Origin: Scyliorhinus canicula
Taxonomy: Eukaryota
Assembly: GCF_902713615.1 (NCBI RefSeq)
Contig: NW_024055500.1
Span: 1 to 64,000 of the forward strand
Reading direction: 5' to 3'
Length of the DNA: 64,000 bases
The position numbers and the translations under genes are program-made. Under the pieces are notes generated by a model. It searched no databases, was not told the origin of the DNA, and saw only the letters and a list, made by a program, of their open reading frames with translations. This document shows positions 62,659 through 64,000 of the stretch, one piece after another; position 1 is the first letter of the stretch, and every line of letters starts with the position of its first letter.

Positions 62659-62830
62659 CACAGTAAGAAGTCTTACAACACCAGGTTAAACTCCCTCCTC
62701 AGGTGGAAGCATTGCTCCGAGAGCTAGTGTTTGAAACAAACCTGTTGGACTTTAACCTGGTGTTGTAAGACTTCTTACTGTGCTCACCCCAGTCCAACGC
62801 CAGCATCTCCACATCATTGCCACAGTCTCC
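62659..62830. mobile_element. Penelope-like / foldback element with a perfect 32-bp inverted repeat
   Basis: cacagtaagaagtcttacaacaccaggttaaa (62659-62690) and its exact reverse complement (62751-62782); related sequence at 37612-37735. Confidence 0.6.
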
Positions 62831-64000
62831 GTGCTGCAATTGGTCAGCGTGTTTGGCTGTTTACCGCAAGGTCTGCGTTTCAAGGCCGGATTCTTCTTTA
62901 TTTGCTGACAGGTAGAGTAACGATGGGCCGAGGAGACTCTTTCTGTGCTGTGAAATGCTCCCTACCTTTGAAAATAGCTCCACATTCGGGATTTACCTAA
63001 AGAACCTTCTCTGGACTGCCTCTAAAATATCAATCCTTATATAAGACCAAAACTGTTCACAACATTACAATATGCCCTGGTGGATTTGTACTCCTGTGAC
63101 TGGAGTATTAGTTCAGCCCCCCAGACTATCCGTTTGTAATAATATTGCGAGACTATCGAGAAGACTGTAATATCACCGCATCGAAAAGATGGAACAATTG
63201 AACATTAAACACTCCTGCATTGGATCACAGTCTGGGTCATGTGCTCAGGTATCTGTTGTGGGAGGTGAAAGTGATTCCACTGAGGCAATCATCATGGTTT
63301 GCATTTTGACATTCTGAAATATTGCTCAGTGAATCTAAAGTTCAAACTATGGGTCCAGTCTTACATGGGTCAATTTAATTTTCAGAGGCTGGTCTTTTAC
63401 TAGACTTGGGTCTTATTCTGACGGGATGGCAATGGTGATAGGGAATTCCACTGGCTCCATATCAGTTATTCCAAAAATAGCACACCAGTCTCCGTTTATA
63501 TTACACTGAACGATGTCCTGTTGCCTGTCTCGATATTATAAATTATATTCTATATATGCTTGTTTGTACGAGTACAATCATTGTTGATTTGGAGATTATA
63601 TTAATTCTTGTTAATACCTATAAGCAGTTCTGTGAAATGTGTATTTGCTCTGCTATCATGTGGGTAATATTGAGTTTAATATTTTACCAACATCCCAGTA
63701 ATGAACTAGGCTTGAGGGACAGGTCTACACGTGAACACCGGTGCACTGCAATTTCCAAACGTTAATGGAAATCTCTGTTTTGTTCAAAATGATGAATTTA
63801 CTCTTGTGTTACACTCTATACATTGGAAAGTTGTTTTCATGGTGAGGATTATTTTCCTGCCTCGTTTTATATTCAATGAGCATCTAATATACTGGCAGTG
63901 TTAGACAGAACAGTGCTCTCACAGAATCACCAGATTGACACTCACAGGGTAAATATCCACCCAATCATAGAACTCTCATCTGGTTAAGTAGAGCAAGTGA

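Overview
Vertebrate genomic DNA from a cartilaginous fish; the SINE families suggest a shark, possibly a catshark (inference). The main feature is one complete, germline-configuration IgM heavy-chain cluster on the minus strand. It runs leader, VH, D1, D2, JH, a ~16.9 kb J-C intron, Cmu1-Cmu4 with secretory tail, then TM1 and TM2 (45402 down to 19036). All splice sites, RSSs and reading frames check out by hand. Downstream of IgM (1-18200) is a field of C2H2 zinc-finger genes and remnants. One has a 10-finger ORF and is split by a CR1 LINE. This region also holds an intron-containing tRNA-Pro(CGG)-like gene. Upstream are a young CR1 about 470 bp from the VH ATG, a Rex1/Babar LINE with an open 838-aa ORF, and many SINE/LINE fragments. 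The most interesting signal is in the J-Cmu intron just 5' of Cmu1. There a sense-strand G-run repeat is followed by about 20 copies of a 29-bp AGCT-rich unit, then octamer and E-box motifs. This resembles a class-switch region, although sharks are described as lacking switch regions. All counts are manual, and no database search or folding computation was run.
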